DNA of 64,000 nt from Sphaerodactylus townsendi (taxonomy: Eukaryota), in assembly GCF_021028975.2 (NCBI RefSeq), contig NC_059427.1, positions 73,966,001-74,030,000 of the forward strand. The letters run 5' to 3'. Positions within the stretch are counted from its first letter, which is position 1; each line of letters opens with the position of its first letter. A model generated the notes under the pieces. That model saw nothing but the letters and a program-made list of their open reading frames with translations. It did no database searches and was not told where the DNA came from. The position numbers were made by a program, and so were the translations under genes. Of the stretch, positions 12,716 through 24,120 are shown piece by piece.

Positions 12716-12914
12716 CTTACCACAGCAGTGGGAAGAAGTACCTGTCATTCTTTCTGGTGCTCAGAAACTGCAGCTTATGTTAAATCAAATCCCATCATTT
12801 GATGACAGAATGTGAGACAAAGATGGAACTGTTGGTCTCTGGTACTTTGAAGGTGGTATTGATTTTACACTTATTACTGTCCTAAGGAAAAGAAGTAACA
12901 TTTGCCTTTGATAA

Positions 12915-12920
12915 AATAAA
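12915..12920 (+). terminator. Probable NOP16 polyadenylation signal
   Basis: Overlapping AATAAA hexamers about 200 nt after the stop codon. Confidence 0.65.
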
Positions 12921-13626
12921 ATAAACTACTTCCAAAGCTGAGAGTTGGTACCAAGGCTCAGATGGATGTTCTGTTTCTGCTGAGTAAAGCAAGCAGTGGG
13001 CTTTCACAGGTGAATTCCCAAAGAATCCAGATACAATGATAACTTGAGAGCTGCGGGGCAGTTTTTTTTAATGTAAGCAGAGAGTTAAGTAGTCAGACCA
13101 AAAGGAAATCAAGTGTATCTAGTAGTGCTTTGATTGGCTCATCTAGAAGGGGGCAGAGCAATCTGAGGGAGCCAGAAAAAAGGGTTGTGGAAGGGTTCCT
13201 GTGCACAGTAGCACTCTCTACAGACTGAGTGGCAACTCAGCAGGCACGCATTGGGCATCTGAGTTACCTCCTCAGGTCCAACCATTCAGGGCTTTCTAAA
13301 AACAGGCCATACTTCTCAGTGAAAGTATTCCTGGGAGTTTTTCATTTTTGTTGGCCAAAAGCATTGTAGTGTCTTCTTGAGACAGTTCCATGGTTATAGA
13401 TTGCTTATGCATAGGCACAAAGGGAAGTGTGCCTTGATAAGGCCTCTGTGCCTTCTTCTGAAACATACAGGGAATACGGTTGCTGTCCAGCCCTAAGCTC
13501 ATTTGCCATTTTTTCTCTGCAAACGGTTTTGACTCCTGTATAGAAATCCCTTGAGTTCAGCCATTTTATAGCAACAATGTCGAAAGACAGAACCACAACT
13601 TTTAAGAGTGAGGTAACATTTCAAGG

Positions 13627-13632
13627 TTTATT
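13627..13632 (-). terminator. Candidate ARL10 polyadenylation signal
   Basis: AATAAA on the minus strand about 1.6 kb after the stop and about 700 bp from the convergent NOP16 signal. Confidence 0.45.
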
Positions 13633-14030
13633 GATGTAGGAGGAAAACTTAATGTAAACAATTGCTCTGCATTTATCCTTTTCACATAGTCTAGGGGAAC
13701 CTAGAGTTTTTTTAAGGCTCTAATCCACCAGCACAAATACACTTCCTATAGTCTGGGATCAAGTAACAATGGAGACTGGAGAGGGTGAGGGTTTTTGGGG
13801 TGGGTGGGGTGGGGGTTGCATAAGGAGTCCAGACTTCTGTGATTCTCCTTCAACCCAAATGGAATAGCTGCCTAGTAGCACAGACAGACTGTGCAGTGCT
13901 TTGCTGTTTCCAGTTCAAGGCATATATGGATACTACTCTGTTCCTGAGCTGGGTAACTGAGGTCAGACATAGCACGAAATAAAAGTATTCTGCTAGATGG
14001 GTGTAAAGACTGTATCAGTTCACTTTCTAC

Positions 14031-14132
14031 CAGTGGCGTAGTCCCCACGGGGCATTCCGAGGTCGGCAGCACCATGGCAGGGGTGCAGGACGTGCATGTG
14101 CTCGGGTGCAGTTTCCCCTAGCTCCGCCTCTG
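14031..14132. mobile_element. Short hAT-type MITE
   Basis: CAGTGGCGTAG...CTCCGCCTCTG ends; TSD CTTTCTAC/CTCTCTAC. Confidence 0.6.
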
Positions 14133-14970
14133 CTCTCTACCTGCAATTCATGCTATATTTTCCCATTACTCCTTGAGCCACCCTTCACGCAATATCACGC
14201 CTACAAATGCAAGTCCAACTTGATTCAGAGGCCCAAAGCAACAGGCAAGCAAGCAAACATGTACTGAGGTATAGGTGGTAACCATTTTAAAGAACTGACT
14301 TGCTGGTTCTAAAAAGGCCTCAGTGGGCCAATTTGGTAACAGACAAGTTTAGCCTGGCAAGAAATACCAGTCAGTTAAGGATGTCTCATGTCGCAGCCAT
14401 GATACCAGGTACTTAGGTGATCTGAGAGCCTTGAATGAATGCAATCAAGGTCCTGAGGAGAATGCTGGTTTTCTCTCATTCATTTTACTAGCACAGGCTA
14501 TTGCACATGTTCTCATAAGATGCCAACAAAAACCCAATTCTCAGATATTTTCTCCCAGCTAGTTTGAGTAGTCTAGCTGGGGCAAGATCAATCCCCAATT
14601 TTGAAGGAGGACAGAAGGGTGTTCCAGCCCTTTCATAGGCAAAGAAAGGGAAGCTGCACCTATGATATGGCGCACTTCCTGTTTTTATCTTTTCTAATTG
14701 TTACTAGAAATCTGGTGGTAGCAGGGATTGTAGGATAAAGTAGGAATATGAGTACTGATATTTGGAGTTTTTGAAATAATAGATACCTCATGGACCATGC
14801 CTCCCCCTGTCTTCAAGACTGGCGTTGTCCTTCGTTTGTGGTTTTATTTCCTACCCTGTGTCCAAGGACAGATTGACAATGGGGCTTACTTATGGGGAAA
14901 AAACCCTTTAGGAAATGCTTAAAAGAGGTATCTGTGGAGGACTTACAGCCTGCTGGATCTTCAGCTATAC

Positions 14971-15118
14971 CAGGGGTCTGCAACCTGTGGCTGTCCAGAT
15001 GTTCATGGACTACAATTCCCATCAGCCCCTGCCAGCACAGCCAATTGGTCATGCTGGCAAGAGCTGATGGGAATTGTAGTCCATGAACATCTGGACAGCC
15101 GCAGGTTGCAGACCGCTG
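14971..15118. mobile_element. Palindromic hAT MITE in the ARL10 3' UTR
   Basis: Near-perfect foldback; exact TSD AGCTATAC. Confidence 0.9.
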
Positions 15119-15212
15119 AGCTATACATATAAAATACCCTAAGTAGCTGATACAAGAAGTAAAATCCCGAATGTCCATGAGGCTCGAATATCTTGGCAAT
15201 GTCCCAGAATTT

Positions 15213-15389
15213 TCAGATCTGTGCAAGAAGTTTGATCAGCAGATTCTTCAGATGGAGAACGCTGTTTGCAGTGGCCAGACCTGCATAAGTAGCACTTGTA
15301 GGTAGGAGAAAGAATTCCCTCTGGTCATTCAAGGTATTCAAGGCCAATTCATTGTGTAATTCTGCTACGCTCAGTGCATCTTTCTTGTC
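15213..15389 (-). CDS. ARL10: ARL10 exon 4 (stop)
   Basis: TTCTAG| DKKDALSVAELHNELAL...FLLPTSA...LLAQI*; completes the NKQD G4 motif; total 237 aa. Confidence 0.92.
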   Translation of the reverse strand, partial: DKKDALSVAELHNELALNTLNDQREFFLLPTSATYAGLATANSVLHLKNLLIKLLAQI

Positions 15390-15757
15390 CTAGAATGGGT
15401 AGAGATTGCATTTGAATAATAACGGCATAAGAAAAGCCTTGCTGAATCAGTCCAGTGACCCGCCTAGCCTAGCATTGTTTCTCACAGTGGCCAACAAACA
15501 AAATAATGACCACCAAGGCTTTCCCCTTTAAGTGATCCATCCTTTGTCATTCTTGTCTGACAAGGATTGGCATGGAAACAAAGTTTAGAAAATAATTACA
15601 CCAAGTGCTAACATAAGTAAAATGAATGACCCTTAAGAGCTAAACCCTGGATATTATTAGTTGCATTATTACAATCTCCATGCAGAAGATGAACGAGTCC
15701 AGACTAGATGAGCCAGATTCCTAGATGCTCACAGGTGAGAGTTGCAAAGGAACATAC

Positions 15758-15933
15758 CTGTTTGTTGGCCAACACAATTAGAGGTAACTGAGCATCCTCA
15801 GCTAGCAGACAGTGCAGCTCTTGCCGGGCAGTGGGAAGGCGTGGAATATCTGCAGCATCCACAACAAACACCAAAATGTGGGCTTTGCTCAGGTATTGAT
15901 TCCAGTAGAAACGTAGGTTCTGGCTGCCACCAA
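15758..15933 (-). CDS. ARL10: ARL10 exon 3
   Basis: CACCAG| (V)[14 protein letters not shown]...VFVVDAAD...IVLANKQ |GTATGT. Confidence 0.95.
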
Positions 15934-16013
15934 CTGGTGAACAAACAAAACTTGAAGTCAGAACTCACACAAATATTTCTTATCTGAGAGACAGTAAACC
16001 CAGTTCATAGTAT

Positions 16014-16458
16014 AAAGCCTTCACGGCAGGATAAAAACACCAAAAGCAAACCCCAAGTTAATGGACAATGGACTCCACCCAAACATAGGATTTGCATTCA
16101 CCAATGCTGCTGCTGCTGCTGCTGCTGCAGGGAATGCAAATGTGAATCACCCCCTGGACTGAATGCGAATGTGAATCACTCCCTGCAGGGAATGTAAATG
16201 TGAATCACGCCCTGGACTGAAAAACCCCACCTGTAATACTATACTATCAACCAGACCTTTGCATAGCAAGTTCCACCCAAACACTCACTGATTGGGTCCC
16301 CACCTGGGGACATTACAATTTATACCCCACTAAAACTTCCCTCTGTGATACACCTCTGATGCAGCCCATAGATACAGCCACAGATGCAGGTGAAACCTTA
16401 GGAACAAGATGACCAGACCATGGCCACACAGACCGGAAAACCTACCACAACCAGTTGA
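16014..16458 (+). mobile_element. Penelope-like element terminal (pLTR) remnant with internal tandem repeats
   Basis: Shares CAGCCACAGATGCAGG.GAAAC and CATGGCC.CACAG.CCGGAAA with the element at 33615-33831. Confidence 0.65.
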
Positions 16459-16856
16459 TAGTGCTTGCTTGGGGTTATAGCCCAACAACTACATTTAGTA
16501 ATATGTCATGTTATGCAAACATGTTTTATGCAGTTGAGTAGGGGAGCAGAGTTAAGTGAGAATAATTCTGCTCACAAATTATATTCAGGTAGCTTTTATA
16601 GTCTGCACAGCAGAACAAAACTAAACCTGTGACTGCTATATTATGGCATGAAGACTTGTGCCACTATAAATCTGTTAGTGTGAGTCTTTAAAAATTGTCT
16701 TTAATCATTTGGGAGGGGGGGGGAGTTTCCACCTGCATAGCTGCACAAACCAGATTCCCCCATCAAAAAACCCCAGAAAAGGTATGTGTAGCTTTCTAAT
16801 TTATTAATTCTAGATTATGTGCTGCTTCTCAAGGGGTTTTTGGGGGCAGGTCTTAC

Positions 16857-17025
16857 CTTCCAGAAGGTCCACCTGGAGTCCACTATCTTGAAGTTGCACA
16901 AAATTGAAGCCCTGAGTGGGGAATATGCACCGTTTGGCTTCTGAATTAGAGACATAGTGAAGAATACTGCTCTTTCCAGCACCATCCAAACCTAGTACCA
17001 AAACCTGAAATTCACAGGGATGTGG
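16857..17025 (-). CDS. ARL10: ARL10 exon 2 (P-loop)
   Basis: TTTTTCAG| PHPCEFQVLVLGLDGAGKSS...PTQGFN...DLLE G|GTAAGA. Confidence 0.92.
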
Positions 17026-17871
17026 CTGAAAAAGAGATGAAGATATTAGGGTTAGTCTGAGCAATGGTGTAGCAGCTCATTGCTAGTTATTATCGGTTGA
17101 ATTGGTGAGATCTTATCTCCTGTTCAGGTTTTAATATAATTTATTGTTGAGAGTGAACTATGAATATTGCATTTTTCTAACCTGTTATGGTAAGAAGCAT
17201 CTTGGTGTGAGGCAAATGTGTTTCCCCCCTTTTACACATAATGAAAAATTATACATCAGTACAAGGAAACCTCTATTTATATACTTTACTTACAGTCCGC
17301 CTTGTTCACTGAGACTCAAGGTGCATTAAAAACATTTTAAAAATCAAACAGCATAAGATACCCACTGAACAATGCAATAAATTTAGTATTACTGAATTAG
17401 AAAACAATGCAGACAGAAAACTGTCTAAAGTATAACATACTGTAAACAGTAAAGAAAGTGATTTACATAGATAGAAGACTGTGCAGTAAAAGCAAGACAA
17501 GGCAAGAAACATTGCAATATACTACCAGCCCTCTTTTTAAAAAAGAAATGTGTCCAAGAAAATTAAAAGGCACTTTGAAAAGTTCATCTTCAGGACTTCC
17601 AGCACAATTATTGCTTGATCTGTTCACCTGGAAGGGCATCTGAAAGTCTTGTCCATTAAAATTGCTGAAGTTTTCAAACTACATTATTCAGGAGCAGTTA
17701 TGAGCTCCCATTGTAACCCTAGTTTGTCATTGGAAGAATCAGGATGGGAAAACTCTCAAAAGGAAACTTCCTTGATTCTGGATATTTCAAGAATCATATT
17801 TCACAAATGAAAGATTGGATTATCAGTTTAGCAGGTGGGACTTTTGTCCTAGTAGTCTTGGATAAATAATT

Positions 17872-18150
17872 GAGAGTCAGGGTGGTGTAGTGGTTAAGAG
17901 CAATGGACTCTAATCTGGAGAACCAGGTTTGATTCTTCACTCCTCCACATGAGCAGAGGACTCTTATCTGATAAACTGGGTATGTTTTTCTCACTTCTCC
18001 ACAAGAAACCTGCTGGCTAGTCACAGCCTCACCTACCTGACAAGCGCCTTCAAGAATTCCTGTTGTGTGGAGGGGAGGGTGATTATAAACTGCTTTGAGA
18101 TTCCTTACAGGAGAGAAAAGTGGGGTATGAAAACCAACTGTCCTCCTTTT
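17872..18150 (+). mobile_element. Squam3-type SINE
   Basis: A box GGTGTAGTGGTTAAG, B box GGTTTGATTC, body and tail. Confidence 0.8.
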
Positions 18151-18335
18151 ATCTATCTTACCTTGCTGTCTAAGCCTTATACATCATGTATTTTTCCCAA
18201 GTGCATTCCTGGATCAGGTCACAGATGTGTCCTGGGAGATCCATTCTTCTCAGGCATGCAGGGCCCCTATTTGGACTGTGTGTGAGAAGAAGGGGCTTGG
18301 ACCTTCCCTCCTGTGCCATTTCCCCACCCTGAAAT

Positions 18336-18431
18336 TGAAGGGAGAAACAACACCTCATAGTGTGTTTTCCCATTGCACAACGAGCAGAGCACACTGGGGG
18401 CTAAACACAGCATAAGCTTACCTGCGCACGT

Positions 18432-18504
<73 letters not shown>

Positions 18505-18876
18505 CGCTTTGGCACAAAAGAAAGTCAGTGTCATTTGTAGTTTTTAATCTAATAAAAAGAGTATTTATTAGTGAACTCGATTCTGGATAGAAAGGTAGGT
18601 AGATAGGTTCACTAATCTATCCTATTCTAGCTGGATGGAGACGGATGCACGGAGCACCCATCCTCTTTCTAGACATGGTGAAAGTAAGATGGAGAAGTGT
18701 GCGAGAAGAAGGCAGAAGGAAGTCCCTGAGAGTAGCAATCTAACATCAAAGGGATAGAGCCAGCATGATAGAGTAAAGGTGTCAATCCCTAGGTCCCTAT
18801 CTAGCCACTGGCTATCTAGTAAAACCCCCTCAGTGGGTTGAATCAGGAAACAGCGTAAAGTCCTTCTCTTCCAACA
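18336..18876 (-). mobile_element. Solo LTR containing a (GT)n(GA)n microsatellite
   Basis: TG...CA termini with imperfect terminal inverted repeat; exact 5-bp TSD GAAAT; minus-strand AATAAA at 18564-18569. Confidence 0.65.
18434..18504. repeat. (GT)n(GA)n compound microsatellite
   Basis: Directly visible. Confidence 0.98.
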
Positions 18877-20610
18877 GAAATAACTCTGGGGAGCTGTTAT
18901 TTGCCTAGTTGGAAACTGAAGATATACTGATATGGTTAAATATCAGTTTGCCCAAGGAAGCAGATAAGTTGTTCTCTGGGGCTATTTCATGTCTGGAAAA
19001 AAGGCCGGGGGAGGTGTAAGACCCTTCTCCCCTGCACAACTGGGAAACAAGGAGTTATCACAACACATCTGTGACCTTCACAGGAATGTAGCTGAAAAAA
19101 GTAACATGTACTTAGGCCCCAAGAGATTAGGGAAAAAATTGTAAGCAGTGAACCGTAATGCAGTATTTTCTTTTGATTTTTCCCCTTCTGCAATTTTATT
19201 TTTGGGAAATATCACATTTAACTATCCAGGAAAGAAATTATCTTTGCTTCTGAGGGTTACACACACAAATGGTTCCATTCACTAGGCATGTTATACCAGT
19301 TGTGCTACTGTTAGGTTATCTCTTTCACCTTGCTATTTAATAATGGAGTAGGATTGTAGTCCACTGTAATGATGACTTAGAGTTATCACCTTTTTTATTG
19401 TATTTCATACTTTGGAACTCACTTTCTGTATTGTTCCTAGTATACTTAGCCTTAGTTTGTTGTTTGCATTGTTCTCTAATTCTGTAATCCTAGTCTTAAT
19501 TGTTCATTGGTTGTTTTGTGCTGTTTGACTGCACTGTTTCATATCCTGTGATCTGCCTTGAGTCTCAGCAAGATAGATGGGCTATAAGCAAGTAAATAAA
19601 TAAATTTTGCCTTGCAATGGATTTGTATATTCTAGATTAGACTGGGAGAGTTCTAATGAACTGCTGCAATTTATATTTTCAAAGGACTCAAGTGTTTTAT
19701 TTATTTATTTATTTGTTTGTTTGTTTGTTTGTTTGTTTATTTCTAATCCCAGCAGTCTCTGGTGCAATTTGAAATCCCAGTTGTACCCCTCACAATGTAA
19801 TCCAGTGAAATTTTCAACGTATCTTCCTGGTCTCCATTTTACAGAAGTTTGCAAATGAGCAAACAGACCTGGAACTTCTCTATAATGCCTTAAACATATT
19901 TAGCTCTATTCCTGCTGCTTTGTTTTTGTGTTTAACATCCAGTTTGACAAAAAAAAAATTAGAGGAACTTCAAAACTTGTGCTCACTTGTTTGATATTTT
20001 GCTTAGTCCTAAGAGACTGGCAGGATATTACTGTTGAGATAAGAAAAGGATAGCTTAGAAACAGAAGGTAATTGCAATTGTCTGATAGTAATTATAATAA
20101 ATGCCGTTAGGTTATGCAACTGATAGAGTAGGACCACCGCCAACTTGAAGCTTAAGCTGTTTTGTTTGCCAGTTTGAGCCTATTCCACTGCTTATGGTGA
20201 GCACTAAAATTTCTCACAATTTGGAACACTATTGTCATAAGCAACTAGCTACAATTAGAGGAGCTGAAGCCATATTTCCAGTTGTAGAGAAATTTCAAAG
20301 CCTAGTCAGCCTCCTAATTGTCTTCATGTAGCTGTGTAAAATGGAAAACAAAGCTGGCGACAGATGTCAGTGAAAGCTCAGAGCATAGTTCTCTGATCCA
20401 ACTGTAAGAGCCCATTTATAAAGACAGTGGAATTAGTTAATAACAGTCTCTAAAGGTACCACTTCAGCCTGCAGGTGCGGAGAAAGATGAATGCTTGTAA
20501 AATAAACTAGCACATTAGGAAGTCGGGTTAAAGGAAAAAAGACCTAACTTTCTCCTAAACTAGGTTGCCTATTTTGTATTTTCTTTATCATTTTAAGATG
20601 GAGGCAGTGG

Positions 20611-20850
20611 GACATAAGAACAAGCCTGCTGGATCAGAGCAGAGTCCATCTAGTCCAGCACTCTGCTACTTGCAGTGGCCCACCAGGTGCCTTTGGCAGC
20701 TCACATGCAGGATGTGAAAGCAACGGCCTGCTGCTGCTGCTGCTCCTGAGCACCTGGTCTGCTAAGGCATCAAGGAGGATCAAGATTGGTTGTCATAGAT
20801 CGACTTCTCCTCCATAAATCTGTCCAAGCCCTTTTTAAAGCTATCCAGGG
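20611..20850 (-). mobile_element. CR1 LINE 3' end
   Basis: LDSFKKGLDRFMEEKSI ORF2 end; reverse complement of 25760-26017. Confidence 0.85.
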
Positions 20851-21614
20851 ACGAAGGATTGGGCTTTGCTGAAGGAAAGCTCTGAATGAAAGGAGATTTT
20901 CTGTTTAGGAAGTAGACTGGAAATGAGTCTTTGGGAGGTAAATGAAAGAAGTTTGGTTTTGCTTCTCTTGAGGCCTTGATCAAATCACTTGTCTCCATCT
21001 TTTTCAGAATTCAGTTTGCACTTGTGAGCAGGGCATGAGACCAACACTGTTTTCCTGTTGCCCAGCCATAGCATCTGGGATGCAGTGATGTCCTGCCTCT
21101 GAACATTGAGTTTCCATTTTGCTATCATGACTTTCATGGAAGGAGCTGAAGTTCATGGGAATGGAGCCTCCAGAAGGTTTGTTGAGATTGGCATAACTGG
21201 GCAGTTCCCTTTTTGTGGGCACCAGTTGCTTATTTATTTACTTCATTTATACCCTTTCTCCCTAGTGGGGAATCAGAGGCACATATTCTGTCTATTCTCA
21301 TCCACCATTTATCTCCGCAATAGGCAGAGGGAGAAACAGTATGTGGCCAACCGAAAATCACCCAGCAAGCATCTTTGGCAGTGTAGAAATTCAAACCTTG
21401 GTCTCTCAGATCCTAATCTGAAATTCTAACTACTACATCACACTGGCAGTCCTGGAGTATGCTGGACAAGGAACTGCCTTAAAGGCTTGATTTGGATTAT
21501 CACATCAACTGGCTCTCAGGTTGGAAGTGTCGCCTTGCCATCATCAGGTATTGACTCCTGCCCCCCCCCCCCCCCCCGACCCCGCCACCATTTCTGTCTT
21601 GAAAGAGGCACAAC

Positions 21615-21803
21615 CAGTGGTGGGATCCAAAAATTTTAATAGGTTCCGGTGGTGATGGGATTCAAACAGTAGCGCTGCCACACACATGTGCCTCCAGTCT
21701 CTATTGGGCAGGGAGGTTGCTTTAGTAACCCCTTCTCGGCACTCAGAAAAAATTAGTAACCACTTCTAGAGCAGTGGTGAGAATTGATTGGATCCCACCT
21801 CTG
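21615..21803. mobile_element. hAT MITE
   Basis: TIRs CAGTGGTGGGATCC / GGATCCCACCTCTG; exact TSD GGCACAAC. Confidence 0.9.
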
Positions 21804-22281
21804 GGCACAACCCATACAGAGTGGATGTGAAGGAACAGTGCATTACCCTCCTTTTGTAGAACATTGCAAGGAAATAAAACACAAGCCATACAGTGCACTT
21901 TTTATGGGAACACTCAAGCCAGCAGCACAGAATATGGCAGGTATGTTCTTGTCTTCTTGTTCTTCTTCAGTGCTGTCAGTGTCCCAGCACTGACACAAAT
22001 AAATTAATGCTAAATCTGGCCTCCAACAGCTTGACAGTACAGTTTACCCATTTATTTCCAGTGCTAGAGCTGCACCCTGGAACATGTGATTATTGTAATT
22101 TTTTTTTTAAATGAAGCATACCTCTGAGCATGGGAGGAATACTCCGGGATAATCCGCCCAGTGCCCCCCCCCCCAAATTTAGCACCGTGGGGGTGCTTTC
22201 AAGGAGGGATTGGCCCTGTTAAGACGTTTCGCTGCTCTCCAGAGCAGGTCTCGGAGCGGCGGGCGCTCTCCCTGGCATTAC

Positions 22282-22473
22282 CTTGTCCCCATTAGGGATG
22301 CTGCGCCCGAGTTCCCGCGCCAGCTGCTGCTCCCAGCGCCCTCTCCAGCCAACGCTGCTGTCGTTGACGTCTCGGAAGTAAAGTTTCCAGGCGATGAAAA
22401 GAAGGGATCCCAAGGCGGCCACCGCCGCTCCCAGCGCCAGGCTGAGGTGCCCAAGGGCGCCAGTGGGAGCCAT
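22282..22473 (-). CDS. ARL10: ADP-ribosylation factor-like GTPase 10, exon 1 (N-terminal transmembrane anchor)
   Basis: MAPTGALGHLSLALGAAVAALGSLLFIAWKLYFR; donor AAG|GTAATG; lies in a CpG island. Confidence 0.92.
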
Positions 22474-22900
22474 GGGAGAAGGGAGCCGGGCTACGACCAC
22501 GACCCCGGCGCGGGCACAGCAGGAGCGCCCGAATCCGGAGGCGCTGGCACGGTCCGCCGCCTTGCAGCCTCTTGTGGCTGGTCCTTCCTTCCTCCTGGCA
22601 TTGGCGACCTGCCCCTGCCCAGCTGCATCGGCCCGCCCAGGAACAAATGCAGCCACTCACCCCGGTCCAACCCGACTGCCGGTAGAGTCTGCACAGCCGG
22701 AGGATTTCCTTGCCCGAGGAAACAGGAGAGACAGGGCTCAGCTGACGTCACTCGGGACCTTAAAGGAGACAGGCTCACTCCACTTCTCCCGGAGCAACAG
22801 TGCCACCCCATCTCCCCCGCCCCCACGGCAGTACGAATATTATAAGGGTTAGACTGAAGAGACGGTGGGGTTCATCACACAGGTGGGGTTCATCACACAG
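22474..22900 (-). promoter_or_regulatory. ARL10 CpG-island promoter/5' UTR with a full CRE and a GC box
   Basis: TGACGTCA at 22743-22750; CCCCGCCCC at about 22815-22823; high CpG density. Confidence 0.65.
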
Positions 22901-23125
22901 GCTAATAATATTTACCCTTCTAGTAGTGTTGTTCTTTTCCACACACCTATCGTATTTCTTTGTAGATGAAATCTGTTGTATCATGGAAGCAGGGATTGTA
23001 ATCTCTTTCTCACACGCACAATGACATTTTAGCTACCGTGTCGCCACATCCTTCCGAACTGCCCCTCCTTTTGTTCTTTCCCCTATGGCCAATGCTTGTC
23101 CGTGTGTGCTTTGCTAAGCTCCAGG

Positions 23126-24120
23126 CAAAGACCTAGGTAGGGGGGGGGGGGTTTCTCGGGTTCAAACCCCCCCCATTGCATGTCCGAAGCTCCCCCCCCC
23201 CCCGTTTGTGGGGTTTTTGTATTTTAAAGTGTTTTTTCCGGTTTTTTGGCCTGCAGGGGGTGCATTTTTAGGCTAGAGGCACCAGAATTTCAGGCTATCG
23301 TCAGGTGACACTCCTGATGATACCAGCCCAATTTGGTGAAGGTTGGCTCAGGGGGTCCAAAGTTATGGACTCCCAAAAGGGGTACCCCATCTCCCATTGT
23401 TTCCAATAGGAGCTCATAGAAGATGGGGGCTACACCTTTGAAGGTCCATAACTTTGGACCCCCTGAACTAAACTTCACCAAATCTGGGTGGTATCATCAG
23501 GAGAGTCTCCTAAAGATACCTTGAAAGTTTGGTGCTTCTAGCTTAACAATTGACCCCTGGCAGCAGGCACCCCCCAAATTTCCCCAGATTCTCCTTTTGA
23601 ATCCAACCGCTTCGGCATAGATTTAAATGGAGAATTTGAGGTCCCCAGATTAAACATTGAAAGTGATGCTGTTTCAGGGTGGGGGATAATCCACCCCAAA
23701 ACAGCATCACTTTCAATGTTGTTCAAACTGGGGACCCCAGATTCTCCCTTTAAGATGGATTTAAAAGGAGGATCCGGGCTCCCTAATTTAAACACCATTG
23801 AAAGTGATTCTGTTTGGGGGTGGATTTCAGCATCACAGCAGCCGCCCATGGGGGGGGGGGGGCACAAACCTCAGGTTTTACACTGGGCTCCATTTTCCCT
23901 AGCTACCCCTCTGCCTGGAGGGGAGGGAGAAGAGACTGCTGGCTACCAGCTGGGAGCCCAGCTGGTGGCGGGGCTGGGCTGGGCAGGCAGGGCAGGGGAG
24001 TCTGCCATCTCTGGCCTCGGAGAGCTGCTTTTATAAGCACTGAGGCCAGGGGTGTGACTTGGGGAGGTGTGGCTTTGCCCCCTGAGCCCCCCCCCCTAAA
24101 AATCTATACCTACATCACTG
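23126..24120. mobile_element. Non-autonomous hAT-like element with internal palindromes
   Basis: Exact 8-bp TSD GCTCCAGG; degenerate TIR CAAAGACCTAGGTA / TACCTACATCACTG. Confidence 0.75.

Noticed and set aside
16120-16222. CRISPR-like repeat-spacer pattern
   Set aside because: Vertebrate DNA; the spacers are themselves repeated, so this is a minisatellite within a Penelope remnant, and there are no cas genes
15934-16856. MIR1271 orthologue (hosted in a mammalian ARL10 intron)
   Set aside because: No convincing hairpin with a miR-96/1271-type seed found by eye
15920-16862. E-V-G-G instead of D-x-G-G at the ARL10 G3 motif as a novelty
   Set aside because: Glu at this position is, as I recall, typical of the ARL9/ARL10 subfamily
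17872-17945. tRNA genes at A/B-box sequences (also 33126, 35609, 10430)
   Set aside because: No complete cloverleaf; they continue into SINE bodies and tails
22210-22852. Overlapping 211-aa and 152-aa plus-strand ORFs, and a 61-codon upstream extension of ARL10
   Set aside because: Stop-poor GC-rich CpG island overlapping ARL10 exon 1; no recognisable domain
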